Below are positions 49,568-59,436 of a stretch of DNA of 64,000 bases, one piece after another. The position numbers and the translations under genes were made by a program. The DNA comes from Erysipelotrichia bacterium (lineage in GTDB: Bacteria; Bacillota_I; Bacilli_A; RFN20; CAG-826). A model generated the notes under the pieces. It was not told the origin of the DNA and did not search any database. It worked only from the letters and a program-made list of their open reading frames with translations. How positions within the stretch are numbered: the stretch's first letter is position 1; every line of letters starts with the position of its first letter. Where the stretch lies: contig JAAYJX010000107.1 in NCBI GenBank assembly GCA_012522695.1, positions 22,408-86,407 of the forward strand, written 5' to 3'.

Positions 49568-52063
49568 TTATTTTTTCTGATAATTATTTTTTAAAAATTC
49601 TAACGCGTCACTTTCATTTAAAGGACGTGATAAATAATAACCTTGAGCATAATCACAATTGTATGTTTTTAAATATTCTAAATGTGTTTCGTTTTCAACG
49701 CCTTCACCAACAACAAGAAAACCAAGTTTTTGACCAAGCGAGATAATGTCTTCAGTAATCGCTTTATTAATTTCAATTAATTCAATACCTTGTAAAAAAG
49801 CTTTATCAATTTTTAAAGCGTTGATTTCTAAAGAAATGAGACGATGAAGTGAAGAAAAGCCCGTGCCAAAGTCGTCAATTGCCACACGAATACCTTTTGA
49901 CGTTAATTTTTTTAATAATTGGTTAATACCAAAATAAGACGTTGTAAATGAAACTTCAGTTAATTCAAGCCAAATAGAACGTGGATTAACACCAATTGAT
50001 TCAATAAGAGCTAAAAATTTATTAACAAATTGGCGATCAAGTAATTGTTGAAAAGAAACATTAATCGACATCGACATATGATCATAGCCTAAATCATGGA
50101 CTGATTTTAAGAAAGTCAAAGCTAAACGGTTAATTTTATCACCGTAAATAATCATTAACTTATTCCTTTCTAATAGGGGAATAAATTCTAAAGGAGGGAT
50201 AAGACCTAACTTTTCGCTTTTAAAGCGGGCTAGGGCTTCAAAACCACTTATTTCGCCACGTTTAACATTAAAGATTGGTTGATATTGTAAATATAGTTGT
50301 TCATTATCAATTTGTACTGAAGCATCAACTAATTCTTTTAAAATTTGTTTTTCGCGTTCAATTTTTAAAGCAAGACGATCATCAAAATAACTAATCTCAA
50401 TTAATTTATCATCACTAGCTCTTTCTTGCTCAGTCGTTAAAAGAACGTTTTTAAGAATCGTTTCAAGTTGATTTGGCTTAGTATTTGGAGGAATATGTAA
50501 AACACCAACCCGGCACGTCACGCGTTCACTCCATAACAATGGTTCTAAAACTTTAACGACCTTTAAATAAAACTGATGGATTTCTTCTTCACTATCATAA
50601 TTTTTAATATAAAAACTTAAACGTGTTTCATGAGTAAGATATAGTTTACAATTATCATTTTCTAAAACTTTAAGTTTATTACTAATTTTCTTCATTAAAT
50701 CTCTTATATAGTGATAACCATGACTACTCGTTAATTGTTGAATTGAATTTAAGTTTAATAAGAAAAATGTTTTTTTCGATTTTTTATCATAAGTTAAATC
50801 ATACGTCATAAGTGTTTCTAAATAACGACGATTATGTAAACCCGTCCATTCATCAAATTCACTTCTATGTTTAATTTCTGCCTCATATTTTTTAATTTCG
50901 TTAATATCAATAATGATACCTTCTATGGCAATTGTTTCTTTATCACTATTAATGATCGGTTCACCAATTTCTAAGACCCATTTTTTCTCCTTATTTTTTG
51001 TAATAATCGGATATTGAAAACGGTATGTTGTTTGGTTTTTAACAGCTTTAAGTTGTAAATGGTAAATTTCACTTAAATATTCAGGGGCGATTAAATCGAT
51101 AAATTTTAAATCACGATTATCAATAAAAGCTTCAGGTTCATAACCAGTTAATTCTCTTGAACCTTTGGAAACAAACACTTTCGTAAAATCTTTATCAATG
51201 CGACTACGATAAGCTAAACCTGGTAGATGCGATAACAAAACGTCTTTGCTTCTTTCGCTTTCAAGAAAAGAAAGTTCAAATGATTTACGAATGCTCGTAT
51301 CACGAATAATCGCAAAATAAGTAAAAATTTCATCATCGGGAATATCGACTTTAATAACGAATAAATGCGTATAAACAACATCACCATTAGGACGGATAAA
51401 ACGTTTATCTAGATCATATCGATCAATTTTGCCTTTGATAAAATCGTTAAAGTATTTTAAATCTTTTTCTAAATCTTCTGGATGAGTATATTTTCGCCAG
51501 TCAATTTCGGTATGAAGGTCTTCTTCGATTGGCACGCCTAAAATATCGCGAAAAGCTTTATTAGCTCGAAATGATTGTAAGCGACCACCGCCTCTACGGA
51601 AAAACCTTGTAATGGAAATACCAAAAGGCGCGTGATTAAAAAGAGCAACAAAAATTTCACGCATATCCGATGATCTTTTTGAAGCGATAACATATTCTTG
51701 ATCTTTTTCAATTGAGCGAACGGCAAAATTTAAAGCATCACCATTAATTGGTGTCGTTAAATATTCAAATGTTTGTAGTTCTTGTGATTCTAAATTGTTT
51801 TTAATTGTTTCTTCTTTGCCAAGTAGAATAACACGAATATCTTTTATTTTTTTATCAAATTTTAAATGAGCTAAAAGTTGGTAACCTAATAAATCAGGAG
51901 CGTCTAAATCTAAAAATAAAAGGGGCGAACTTTCAATTTTAGCAAAATAAGCTAGTGCTTTTTGAATATTCGAACTATAAAAAATTTTATAATTGTTTAA
52001 AGCTAGGCTAATCGTTTTGTAATGTTCGTCTTCTTTTGAGAAAACAATCGCATGTTTTGTCAT
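49568..52063 (-). CDS. Multidomain c-di-GMP signalling protein: REC-like, PAS, degenerate GGDEF and EAL phosphodiesterase
   Basis: 831 aa. N-terminal receiver-like fold. The GGDEF-domain start TGLHNRRYL is present but no GG(D/E)EF signature, so the cyclase looks degenerate. The EAL domain carries EALARF, DDFGTGFSSL and EGVE motifs and looks catalytically competent. Confidence 0.8.
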   Translation of the reverse strand: MTKHAIVFSKEDEHYKTISLALNNYKIFYSSNIQKALAYFAKIESSPLLFLDLDAPDLLGYQLLAHLKFDKKIKDIRVILLGKEETIKNNLESQELQTFEYLTTPINGDALNFAVRSIEKDQEYVIASKRSSDMREIFVALFNHAPFGISITRFFRRGGGRLQSFRANKAFRDILGVPIEEDLHTEIDWRKYTHPEDLEKDLKYFNDFIKGKIDRYDLDKRFIRPNGDVVYTHLFVIKVDIPDDEIFTYFAIIRDTSIRKSFELSFLESERSKDVLLSHLPGLAYRSRIDKDFTKVFVSKGSRELTGYEPEAFIDNRDLKFIDLIAPEYLSEIYHLQLKAVKNQTTYRFQYPIITKNKEKKWVLEIGEPIINSDKETIAIEGIIIDINEIKKYEAEIKHRSEFDEWTGLHNRRYLETLMTYDLTYDKKSKKTFFLLNLNSIQQLTSSHGYHYIRDLMKKISNKLKVLENDNCKLYLTHETRLSFYIKNYDSEEEIHQFYLKVVKVLEPLLWSERVTCRVGVLHIPPNTKPNQLETILKNVLLTTEQERASDDKLIEISYFDDRLALKIEREKQILKELVDASVQIDNEQLYLQYQPIFNVKRGEISGFEALARFKSEKLGLIPPLEFIPLLERNKLMIIYGDKINRLALTFLKSVHDLGYDHMSMSINVSFQQLLDRQFVNKFLALIESIGVNPRSIWLELTEVSFTTSYFGINQLLKKLTSKGIRVAIDDFGTGFSSLHRLISLEINALKIDKAFLQGIELIEINKAITEDIISLGQKLGFLVVGEGVENETHLEYLKTYNCDYAQGYYLSRPLNESDALEFLKNNYQKK

Positions 52064-52194
52064 CGTGCTTTAGTAAACAAAGTAAACAACTCTGTTTTGT
52101 AATCTTATTATAATAAAGATAAGTTAAAAAATATATAAATATGTCAAAAATATTTTAATTTTTAAAAAATAAACATCTAAAAAGTTATTTTATT

Positions 52195-52920
52195 TTAATC
52201 AAAAGAGTGAACTAATTCTTCTAAAAGCGTCTCAATTAAGCTACCAATATGAGGCTGAGCTTCTAAACCAATACGTAGGGCAGATATTAGCTGATTATCT
52301 TTGCCAACTTCGTAAGTAACGGCTTTAAGTAAAAGCCAAGGAACGTCATGAACATAACATGCCGTAATAACGCCACCAGATTCTGTATCAAGGGCGATTT
52401 TATTTTCAATGTGCGAAAAGTTTTTCTTAATTAATTCATTCGCAACTTTTAAATTCGTATGAAAAGTATTCGTTGAAACAAGTGGTCCACGACCAATATT
52501 TAAGTTTTCTGTCCGTGAGTTAAGTGTTTGAATTAAACGAATGTAATCATCTTCACTTGAATAAAAAACAGGTAAGTCTTTAATTTGTCCATATTTAGTA
52601 TTACCTAAAGCTTCTAAGTTCATATCACCTAAATGAACACGTTCAGCAATAAATAAATCACCTTGATGAAGGTTAGGACTAATTGAAGTAACCGCACCAA
52701 CAGAAATAACAATATAAGGTTTATACTTACTAATCATAAAACTTGTCACAATTGCGGAAGTAATATTTGAATAACCTGTATGGGCCAAACAAACATCTTT
52801 ACCAGCAAAAGAACCAACATAATAAGGATGTTTCATCGCGATTTTGTTTTCTTCGCTAATTTTTAGACGAGATTTAAAATATAAAATATCGTCTTCGGTT
52901 GTGCCAATAATTAAAATCAT
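52195..52920 (-). CDS. PNP_UDP_1-family nucleosidase (MTA/SAH nucleosidase-like)
   Basis: 241 aa. The N-terminal MILIIGTTEDD and the internal GSL / ESGG patterns resemble Pfs/MtnN-like phosphorylase-fold proteins. The assignment is moderate. Confidence 0.5.
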   Translation of the reverse strand: MILIIGTTEDDILYFKSRLKISEENKIAMKHPYYVGSFAGKDVCLAHTGYSNITSAIVTSFMISKYKPYIVISVGAVTSISPNLHQGDLFIAERVHLGDMNLEALGNTKYGQIKDLPVFYSSEDDYIRLIQTLNSRTENLNIGRGPLVSTNTFHTNLKVANELIKKNFSHIENKIALDTESGGVITACYVHDVPWLLLKAVTYEVGKDNQLISALRIGLEAQPHIGSLIETLLEELVHSFD

Positions 52921-54485
52921 TAATTACCACCTCTTCCTTTTTCAAAACGATTATTTTCTAAAAAGTTCATATAATTTTCTGGTCTAAGTGGTTCACTATA
53001 ATAAAACCCTTGAATACAATTTGCTCCCATTGATTGAAGAAGACGGATTTGTTCATATTCTTGAACACCTTCAATTACGACATATGCTTCTAAAATATGG
53101 GCAATTTTAATAATTTCACGGACTAAACCGCGTGATTTTTCATCAATTTCTAAATCACTTAAGAAAGCACGATCAATTTTAATAATGTCAAAAGGAATAC
53201 GTTTAATATAACTAAGTGAAGAGAAGCCTGTGCCAAAGTCGTCAATTGCTACTTTAATATTTAAAGCTTTAATTTTTTTGACAACCGCTAACAAATATAA
53301 AACGTCATATGGTGAAGGCGATTCAACGATTTCTACTTCTAATAACATCGGATTAATTTTATATTTTTTAATTGTTTCTTCAATATAAGGAACAACATCA
53401 CTACTAAAAATCATCCGTTTGGATAAGTTAACTGAAATAGGTAAAAGTCTTTTGCCGTGATCTCGCCAATGAGCTAAACGCTGACAAACAAGATCAAAAA
53501 CGTATTTATCAATTTCAATAATTAAATCAGATTGTTCGGCTAAAGAAATAAAAGCCGCTGGTGAAATTACACCACGCTCAGGATGAATCCAACGAAGTAG
53601 GGCTTCACTTGAAACAAAACGTTTAAGTTTTAAGTCGTATTTTGGTTGAAAGAAAACTTCAAATTCTTTTTTCTTTAAACCTTCTTCAATATCACGAGCT
53701 AAACCAACGTTACGTTCGCTTTTTTTAAACATTGAATCATTAAAAATAAAAATACCGCCGCGATCTGTATTAAGACGACCAAAATCACTTGCAATTAAAG
53801 CTGTTTGAAATAAACTTTCAGCCGAAGAGGTTTCTTTATTACGAATTGATAAACCATAGTGAGGATTAAAATCAATATTAACTTTTTCTTCACTTAAAAG
53901 ATGGTTAATATGTTCACTAAGTTTTTCTAAAGATTGTTGCATTTTCTTTTCGTTATATTTTGGAATAAAAAGTAAGAAGTTATCTGAATAATCATATCCA
54001 TAAAGTAATTTGGGATATTGTTTTTTTAATTCATCAATTGCTAAAAAAACCATACTAATAACTTTTGATTCTTTTTCATAACCATAACGTAAGAAAACTT
54101 CTTTTTTAAATTTAAACGTTGAAAAAGCAATTGCGACTGCTTCTTCATATTCTTTCCGACGGAAAAATTTATTAATTTGTAAAATTAAATCTCTTTCATC
54201 TAAAATATTTTCCGCTAATGGAAATAAGTTAGTATTTAAAACACGTTTAACAGATACTTGTTGCGAACGAGAGTAATTAATTAAGGCAAAAACTAAAAAG
54301 GCAATGCTTGTCAAAGTTAAAATAACAATTGCAAGTATTTTGTAGGCTAAATTACCATCAATGACTATAAAAGAGTCAAATAGCCCAGCGCTAACAATAA
54401 TATTTACAATAAAAAAGATAATAAAGCCTAAAAAATATAAGCTATATCGTAATGGATAATTAGGATTCTTATTTTTCATCTTCAT
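52920..54485 (-). CDS. Membrane-anchored degenerate-GGDEF / EAL c-di-GMP phosphodiesterase
   Basis: N-terminal 2 TM and a periplasmic-like loop. EAL domain with EALLRW and DDFGTGFSSL. No GGDEF signature. The start was probably trimmed to MKMKNKNP, and the track ORF extends to 54533. Confidence 0.75.
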   Translation of the reverse strand: MKMKNKNPNYPLRYSLYFLGFIIFFIVNIIVSAGLFDSFIVIDGNLAYKILAIVILTLTSIAFLVFALINYSRSQQVSVKRVLNTNLFPLAENILDERDLILQINKFFRRKEYEEAVAIAFSTFKFKKEVFLRYGYEKESKVISMVFLAIDELKKQYPKLLYGYDYSDNFLLFIPKYNEKKMQQSLEKLSEHINHLLSEEKVNIDFNPHYGLSIRNKETSSAESLFQTALIASDFGRLNTDRGGIFIFNDSMFKKSERNVGLARDIEEGLKKKEFEVFFQPKYDLKLKRFVSSEALLRWIHPERGVISPAAFISLAEQSDLIIEIDKYVFDLVCQRLAHWRDHGKRLLPISVNLSKRMIFSSDVVPYIEETIKKYKINPMLLEVEIVESPSPYDVLYLLAVVKKIKALNIKVAIDDFGTGFSSLSYIKRIPFDIIKIDRAFLSDLEIDEKSRGLVREIIKIAHILEAYVVIEGVQEYEQIRLLQSMGANCIQGFYYSEPLRPENYMNFLENNRFEKGRGGN

Positions 54486-55251
54486 CTCTCCTTTCTTCGC
54501 TTGAAGACCGCAGTTTTTCTTTTTCTTTTTCAATTAAAAGTTTGAGTTTTTCTTGCTGCTTAATTTTTTCAAATTCATCTAAGCCTTCAAAATCAACTGA
54601 AACTTTTTCTGTTTCTTCTTTGCGCTCTTTAACATTTTTAGAAATATCAAAAAGCGAGCTAATAAAAACGTATAAAAGAGGAACAAGACCAACGATAATA
54701 ATCGTAAAAGGATTGCGCGTAAATTTAACGAAAAGTCCTAAAGCTTTAGAGTTTTTAATCCAAACTCCTAAGACGTCTTCTTCTTTAATCGTGTCAATTC
54801 CTTTACCCGTGCTTTGATCGCACACACCATTAGGAAATTGAGAACAAGTTTCGGCATTTTTATTATCACCAAATGTTTTAAAAGTAAATTTACCATCATT
54901 TTCAATTTTTTCAATAACACGGTGAGTAATAATTAAGCCGTCACTTCGACGGAAATAAGTAATAATATCGCCATCCATTGCATCCTCACTACTAGGTCCT
55001 TTAATTTGATTAGCGGGGACGCGTTTAATAATAATACCAACATCAATCGGTAAAACTGGCTCCATCGAATCAGTTAAAACTGTCAGCATTTGATAATTAC
55101 CAAATCGTTGCACACCATGGTTACTTCTCGCCGTAATTAAACCAAAGACTTGAAAAAAGAGTAAAAGACCAGCAAGCGAACCTAAAACAATCGTTGTAAT
55201 TCTATTTACAAGTTTCTTTTTTGGTAACTTAACTTTTTCTTTCTTATTCAT
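54469..55251 (-). CDS. sipW: Signal peptidase I of ER/archaeal (SipW) type, with extended charged C-terminal tail
   Basis: 260 aa. N-terminal TM, SMEP catalytic-Ser motif (LTDSMEPVL) characteristic of SEC11/SipW-type SPases, a second C-terminal TM, then a K/E-rich tail. Confidence 0.75.
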   Translation of the reverse strand: MNKKEKVKLPKKKLVNRITTIVLGSLAGLLLFFQVFGLITARSNHGVQRFGNYQMLTVLTDSMEPVLPIDVGIIIKRVPANQIKGPSSEDAMDGDIITYFRRSDGLIITHRVIEKIENDGKFTFKTFGDNKNAETCSQFPNGVCDQSTGKGIDTIKEEDVLGVWIKNSKALGLFVKFTRNPFTIIIVGLVPLLYVFISSLFDISKNVKERKEETEKVSVDFEGLDEFEKIKQQEKLKLLIEKEKEKLRSSSEERRDEDEK

Positions 55252-56647
55252 CTTCTTTCCTTCTCATTTTAGCAACATTAATAACTTGTTCGCGCGCTTT
55301 TGCTAAAAGGGCTTCTTCTTCTAATCGTAGTTTTTCTAATCTTTCTTTTTCTTTTTTTGCTAAAATAGCGTCTTGTTTACGTTTAGCAAGAAGTAATTTA
55401 CGTTGACGTTCTTTTTCTTTCTTTTCAAGAGCTTTAAGTGCGGCAAGTTTTTTTGCCTCTTCGCGTTTTTCTAAAGCAAGTTGACGTTCTTTAGCTCTTT
55501 CTTCAAGACGAAGTTGTCGACGTTTTTCAGCCGCTTCAGCCCGTTTAATTTTTGCTTCAATTTGGGCAAGTGTTTCTTTTTTAACATCAACGCCGAAGGT
55601 TACGCTTTTACCAATAATTTTATCGTCAGTTAAATCAACATCAAGACGAACTTTTTTAAAGCGAGGTTTATAAAAGTATTGTTTCTTTTTATCACTTGGC
55701 ATCGTATGGTCACTTCTAAGTGTTAAATAAGAACTTAACATTAATAAATGTAAATCATCTAAATAATCTTCTTTAAATTCAATATCGTTTTGGCTAAAGC
55801 GATATTCAATACCTAAGACGTCATAACGTGTAATAAAAAGCCAGAGACGATACGCTGCTTGATATTCATAATTAAGACGCATTATATTTGTTTGTTGGAC
55901 CGGATCACTAACTGGTGCGACTTTACGCATTTCAAGCATAAAGCGCGAAGTTGTTAAGTATGTAATCCGTTTACGAATATGAAGAAGACGGTCGAGTAAA
56001 TCAGCATTAGCGTGTCTTTTCCCATCATCATCACTAGGAACAACAATCCGCATCTTAGTTTCAAATTCATATGATACTTCGTCGATTTTCATTTCTGAAG
56101 TTAATTTAACAATATCACTATGCCGTGTATCACTATGTTCAGATATATATTTATATCTAAGTTCAATAAAAGCTTGAAGACGACGAACAAGCGTCATAAT
56201 AAAACGGTTTTCATATATTTTTAATTCATCATCCATAAACATATTTAAAACTCGTTTAGGTTCGATTGTTCCATCACTACCAACTGAGCGGATATTTTGT
56301 GTATTTTGTGACATATGTTCAATTGAACGTTGGGTAATCTTTTTCGCCTTTTCAACACCGACAACTTCGGCTGTTTCTTTAATAAAACGATGTGGATCAT
56401 TAACAATTGCTTCTAAAGAAGGAAGCGCTCTTTCAATTTCTAAAATAAAATCAGGTGCATAAGTTTTAACTTCACGACGCGACACACCGCCATAAGTATT
56501 TTTAGAAGCAGCAAAAATATTTAAAAGTTCATGATATTCTTCATCACTACTTGCTAAACGTTTTAAGCGTGAAAAATGTTTTTGTTTTAAATCTTTAATA
56601 ATTTCGCTAGGAGTTAATACGGGAGCGTCTTTTTTGGTTTTTGCCAT
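55244..56647 (-). CDS. Hypothetical protein with a long C-terminal K/E/R-rich coiled coil. Partner of the AAA_5 ATPase; McrC-like role possible.
   Basis: 467 aa. No recognisable catalytic motifs beyond weak D...E.K-like stretches. Its start overlaps the sipW stop (8 nt) and it is 16 nt downstream of the ATPase gene. The last ~120 aa are a heptad-rich charged tail. Confidence 0.45.
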   Translation of the reverse strand: MAKTKKDAPVLTPSEIIKDLKQKHFSRLKRLASSDEEYHELLNIFAASKNTYGGVSRREVKTYAPDFILEIERALPSLEAIVNDPHRFIKETAEVVGVEKAKKITQRSIEHMSQNTQNIRSVGSDGTIEPKRVLNMFMDDELKIYENRFIMTLVRRLQAFIELRYKYISEHSDTRHSDIVKLTSEMKIDEVSYEFETKMRIVVPSDDDGKRHANADLLDRLLHIRKRITYLTTSRFMLEMRKVAPVSDPVQQTNIMRLNYEYQAAYRLWLFITRYDVLGIEYRFSQNDIEFKEDYLDDLHLLMLSSYLTLRSDHTMPSDKKKQYFYKPRFKKVRLDVDLTDDKIIGKSVTFGVDVKKETLAQIEAKIKRAEAAEKRRQLRLEERAKERQLALEKREEAKKLAALKALEKKEKERQRKLLLAKRKQDAILAKKEKERLEKLRLEEEALLAKAREQVINVAKMRRKEDE

Positions 56648-56662
56648 GACTATCCTCCTTTA

Positions 56663-58183
56663 TTAACCTATTTTTAAATAATCTGAAATAATTCTTTGTG
56701 ATTGCCAAAAAACACCTTTACCAAATAATTTATCAAGTTCACTCGAAAGTTCTTTTAATTCATCGTGCATAAACGCTAAGTTAAGCGAAGTAAATTTCTT
56801 TAAAACTTTAGAAGCAAAAATAAAATCAAGTGCTTCGTTTTCTGTACCCCCGCAAGCAATATAGTTCGAAGTAAAAAGACGAAGTTGTCTTAAAATTCGA
56901 TTACCAAAAGCAATCCGAAAACGATCAGCAACAAGTTTATCTAAACGATCAAATTTTGTTAATGCTTCTTTACTAATTGGGTAATTTGTTTGAGCGTTAG
57001 CAAAAAGTTTTAAAAAATCAGCTGAAGAAATTGAAACACCTTCCGTATATTCAACTGAACATGCTTCAATTTTTTCATTTAAAGTAATACTAATTGCTCG
57101 ATCATAAACTTTATCAGTAATTGTAAAAGTTGAGTCATCATTATTTGCTGTACCGACAAACCAAAGGTTTTGGGAAATAAGTAATTTACCATTTTCTAAT
57201 TGTTTAGGATTAATATTATCGGCTGTTCTTGTAATTTGAACTTTCCATTCATCAACCGAAGGCATTTCCATAATTGAAAGAAAGTCAGCAAAATAATATT
57301 CAATACGCGCGAGGTTCATTTCATCAAGAATAATCATATTCGGTTCTTGACGGTAACTTGCTTCATAAATAGCTTGTAAAAATTCGGTTTCATTAAACTT
57401 TTTCGTAAATTCATTAAAATAACCGAGCATTTCTGTTCTTTCTCGCCAAGATGGTTGAACAGAACATATTACCGCGTCATGTTTAAAAAACTTACCAATT
57501 GCATATGGTAAAGAAGTTTTACCAGTTCCCGAAATACCTTCTAAAATAATAAACTTCGATGTTCCTAACGCCGCAAACATCGTCCGAACTGTGCTCATAT
57601 CATAATATAAACAAAGCTGAGAGGCGGCAAAACGGAAAAAACGATCAACAATTTGTTCTAAAGAAATACCAATATCACTAGGTGGAACTTCGACAGTTGT
57701 ATCTAAATCAGCATATTTAATATCTATTGCTCCCAATTTTGGAAAGGCTTCTAAAACACGACGGTCACTACCTTCACCATCTTCACCTTCTGGTTGAAGA
57801 CCAAAAGAATCAGCTTTAAGTTTTAAAATTTCATTTTTTTCTTGAATTGCTAAAAATAATTCTTTATTTAATTTTTGCACTTCATCAAGAAGTTTTTCTT
57901 TTGAAACACGGCGATTATTAAAAACAATAAGTTTACGAACTAAAAAATACATAACGTAACCAAGTGAACCAATAAGGGCAAAGACTAAAATAATAAAAAC
58001 GACGAAGAGAATCCAGCCTCCTGCGCCGAATTGATGATTGTATGTTTGAAAAATTAATTTGTATTGACCAAAGTCACTACCAACTCCATACCAAGGTTCA
58101 GCAAAAATCGTTGCTAAAAAATGGCCTAAGTTTTTAAATAAAGCTTCAAACAACTCTCGAATGTAATTAAAAAATGCACTCAT
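56663..58183 (-). CDS. Membrane-anchored AAA_5 (McrB-like) ATPase/GTPase
   Basis: 506 aa. One strongly hydrophobic TM (WILFVVFIILVFALIGSLGYVMYFLV), a coiled coil, Walker A EGISGTGKTS, McrB-like Walker B/sensor ILDEMNLARIEYYF and FVGTANNDD. Confidence 0.65.
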   Translation of the reverse strand: MSAFFNYIRELFEALFKNLGHFLATIFAEPWYGVGSDFGQYKLIFQTYNHQFGAGGWILFVVFIILVFALIGSLGYVMYFLVRKLIVFNNRRVSKEKLLDEVQKLNKELFLAIQEKNEILKLKADSFGLQPEGEDGEGSDRRVLEAFPKLGAIDIKYADLDTTVEVPPSDIGISLEQIVDRFFRFAASQLCLYYDMSTVRTMFAALGTSKFIILEGISGTGKTSLPYAIGKFFKHDAVICSVQPSWRERTEMLGYFNEFTKKFNETEFLQAIYEASYRQEPNMIILDEMNLARIEYYFADFLSIMEMPSVDEWKVQITRTADNINPKQLENGKLLISQNLWFVGTANNDDSTFTITDKVYDRAISITLNEKIEACSVEYTEGVSISSADFLKLFANAQTNYPISKEALTKFDRLDKLVADRFRIAFGNRILRQLRLFTSNYIACGGTENEALDFIFASKVLKKFTSLNLAFMHDELKELSSELDKLFGKGVFWQSQRIISDYLKIG

Positions 58184-58239
58184 CTATTAACTCCAATAAT
58201 ATATGATAACTTTAGTTAAAGAAAAAATCACCCTTATTT

Positions 58240-59436
58240 TTAAATATCTTCTTCACTAGCAGCACTAAAGCGTAAGTTTGCACCGAACGATTTAGATCTA
58301 AGCTTGTTGCTAGAAAAGGCGTCCCAGCCTTCATACCAAATTTGAATTTTAATTTCGGCCACGCCTTTTGTGTCAGTTTTAGCAATTGGCTGACCATCAA
58401 TAAATTCGGCGCTATAAGTCGAAAAAATTGTATGTTCTTGAAGGGCTGGTTTGTAGTTAGGGTGATCAATTAATAAAGGGCGTACGCCTTGTAATGTCCC
58501 TGCTTGATGAAGCGAGGGGGTTATACTAGTTTCCAAAGGAATACTTTCAGTAGTAATATCCCCCCAATTACTTTCATCTAAAGGTTCTAAGAAATCGCCA
58601 TAAGCAATTTCATAACGTGAGCCAACTTCTGATTCATCATTTGGATTAATTTTAGATCCCTCAGGTGTGGCATCAAAAAATCCATCTTCATCTAAATCAA
58701 GGCGGCCCCCGACCGTTGTGTAATCATTTGTATCGCGACCCGGACTAATAATATCGCTCGTTAATTGGCTTTCAAAACCAAAACGCAAAACTTTCAGCAA
58801 TTCTTCGCTGCCATAAAATTCATTGTCCGCGCCGATGAAGATGCCATAATTAGCAACTCCACTTGATGATGTCTCACCATTAGTTGCTTTCGCTACCCGA
58901 AATAATATTGTAAAAGAAATAAATGTTTCTTTATCAGCGGGTATTATTTGTTTTGCTTGTGGACGAGAACTACCGGCAATTGGTTCTTGATATAAGTTAA
59001 TTGCATCACCTTTACTAAAACGTCGAGAAGTAATAGGCATAACTGCATTAGTAACCGAGAAACCATTGTGATAGATAATTTGTCGCAACGTTTGATTATT
59101 AACGACGTTGCTCGTCCAATAAACATAGCCGTCACCTTCAATTCCGTATTCATCTGGAACTAAAGAATATTTTTCTTGTTCATTAATCGAAATTGGTGTG
59201 GCGACACGAAAGCCTACTTCTCTTATGCCGACTTCTTCTTTATTTAAAAAGTCAAAGCCGATTGTCGTTGTGTTAGCTAAATATTCACCAATCGTATAGC
59301 CAAGATAAGAAATTAAGACAAACGCTGCTAAAACACTACTTGAAATCGAGGTTAAAATGATCGAACGTTTTTTACGCTTCTTATGATCATTAACTTCTTT
59401 TTCTATATTAATTTGACGCAAACGCAAGTCCTCCAC
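58240..59436 (-). CDS. Membrane-anchored extracellular protein, distant paralogue of the TasA-like family (TapA-like anchor/accessory candidate)
   Basis: 398 aa. N-terminal basic stretch plus one TM. C-terminal AEIKIQIWYEGWDAF...GANLRF resembles VDVTFRFWIEGEDEH...IGGVFKIDLKMY of the three downstream paralogues. The annotated start is GTG. A TTG 5 codons in has better GGAGGA spacing. Confidence 0.5.
   Translation of the reverse strand: MEDLRLRQINIEKEVNDHKKRKKRSIILTSISSSVLAAFVLISYLGYTIGEYLANTTTIGFDFLNKEEVGIREVGFRVATPISINEQEKYSLVPDEYGIEGDGYVYWTSNVVNNQTLRQIIYHNGFSVTNAVMPITSRRFSKGDAINLYQEPIAGSSRPQAKQIIPADKETFISFTILFRVAKATNGETSSSGVANYGIFIGADNEFYGSEELLKVLRFGFESQLTSDIISPGRDTNDYTTVGGRLDLDEDGFFDATPEGSKINPNDESEVGSRYEIAYGDFLEPLDESNWGDITTESIPLETSITPSLHQAGTLQGVRPLLIDHPNYKPALQEHTIFSTYSAEFIDGQPIAKTDTKGVAEIKIQIWYEGWDAFSSNKLRSKSFGANLRFSAASEEDI

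Noticed and set aside
55244-58183. Annotating the AAA_5 plus partner pair as a bona fide McrBC restriction system
   Set aside because: The ATPase is TM-anchored, unlike known McrB. The partner has no clear PD-(D/E)xK nuclease motif, only a long coiled coil. The assignment is therefore left open between a defense module and a fibre-assembly motor.
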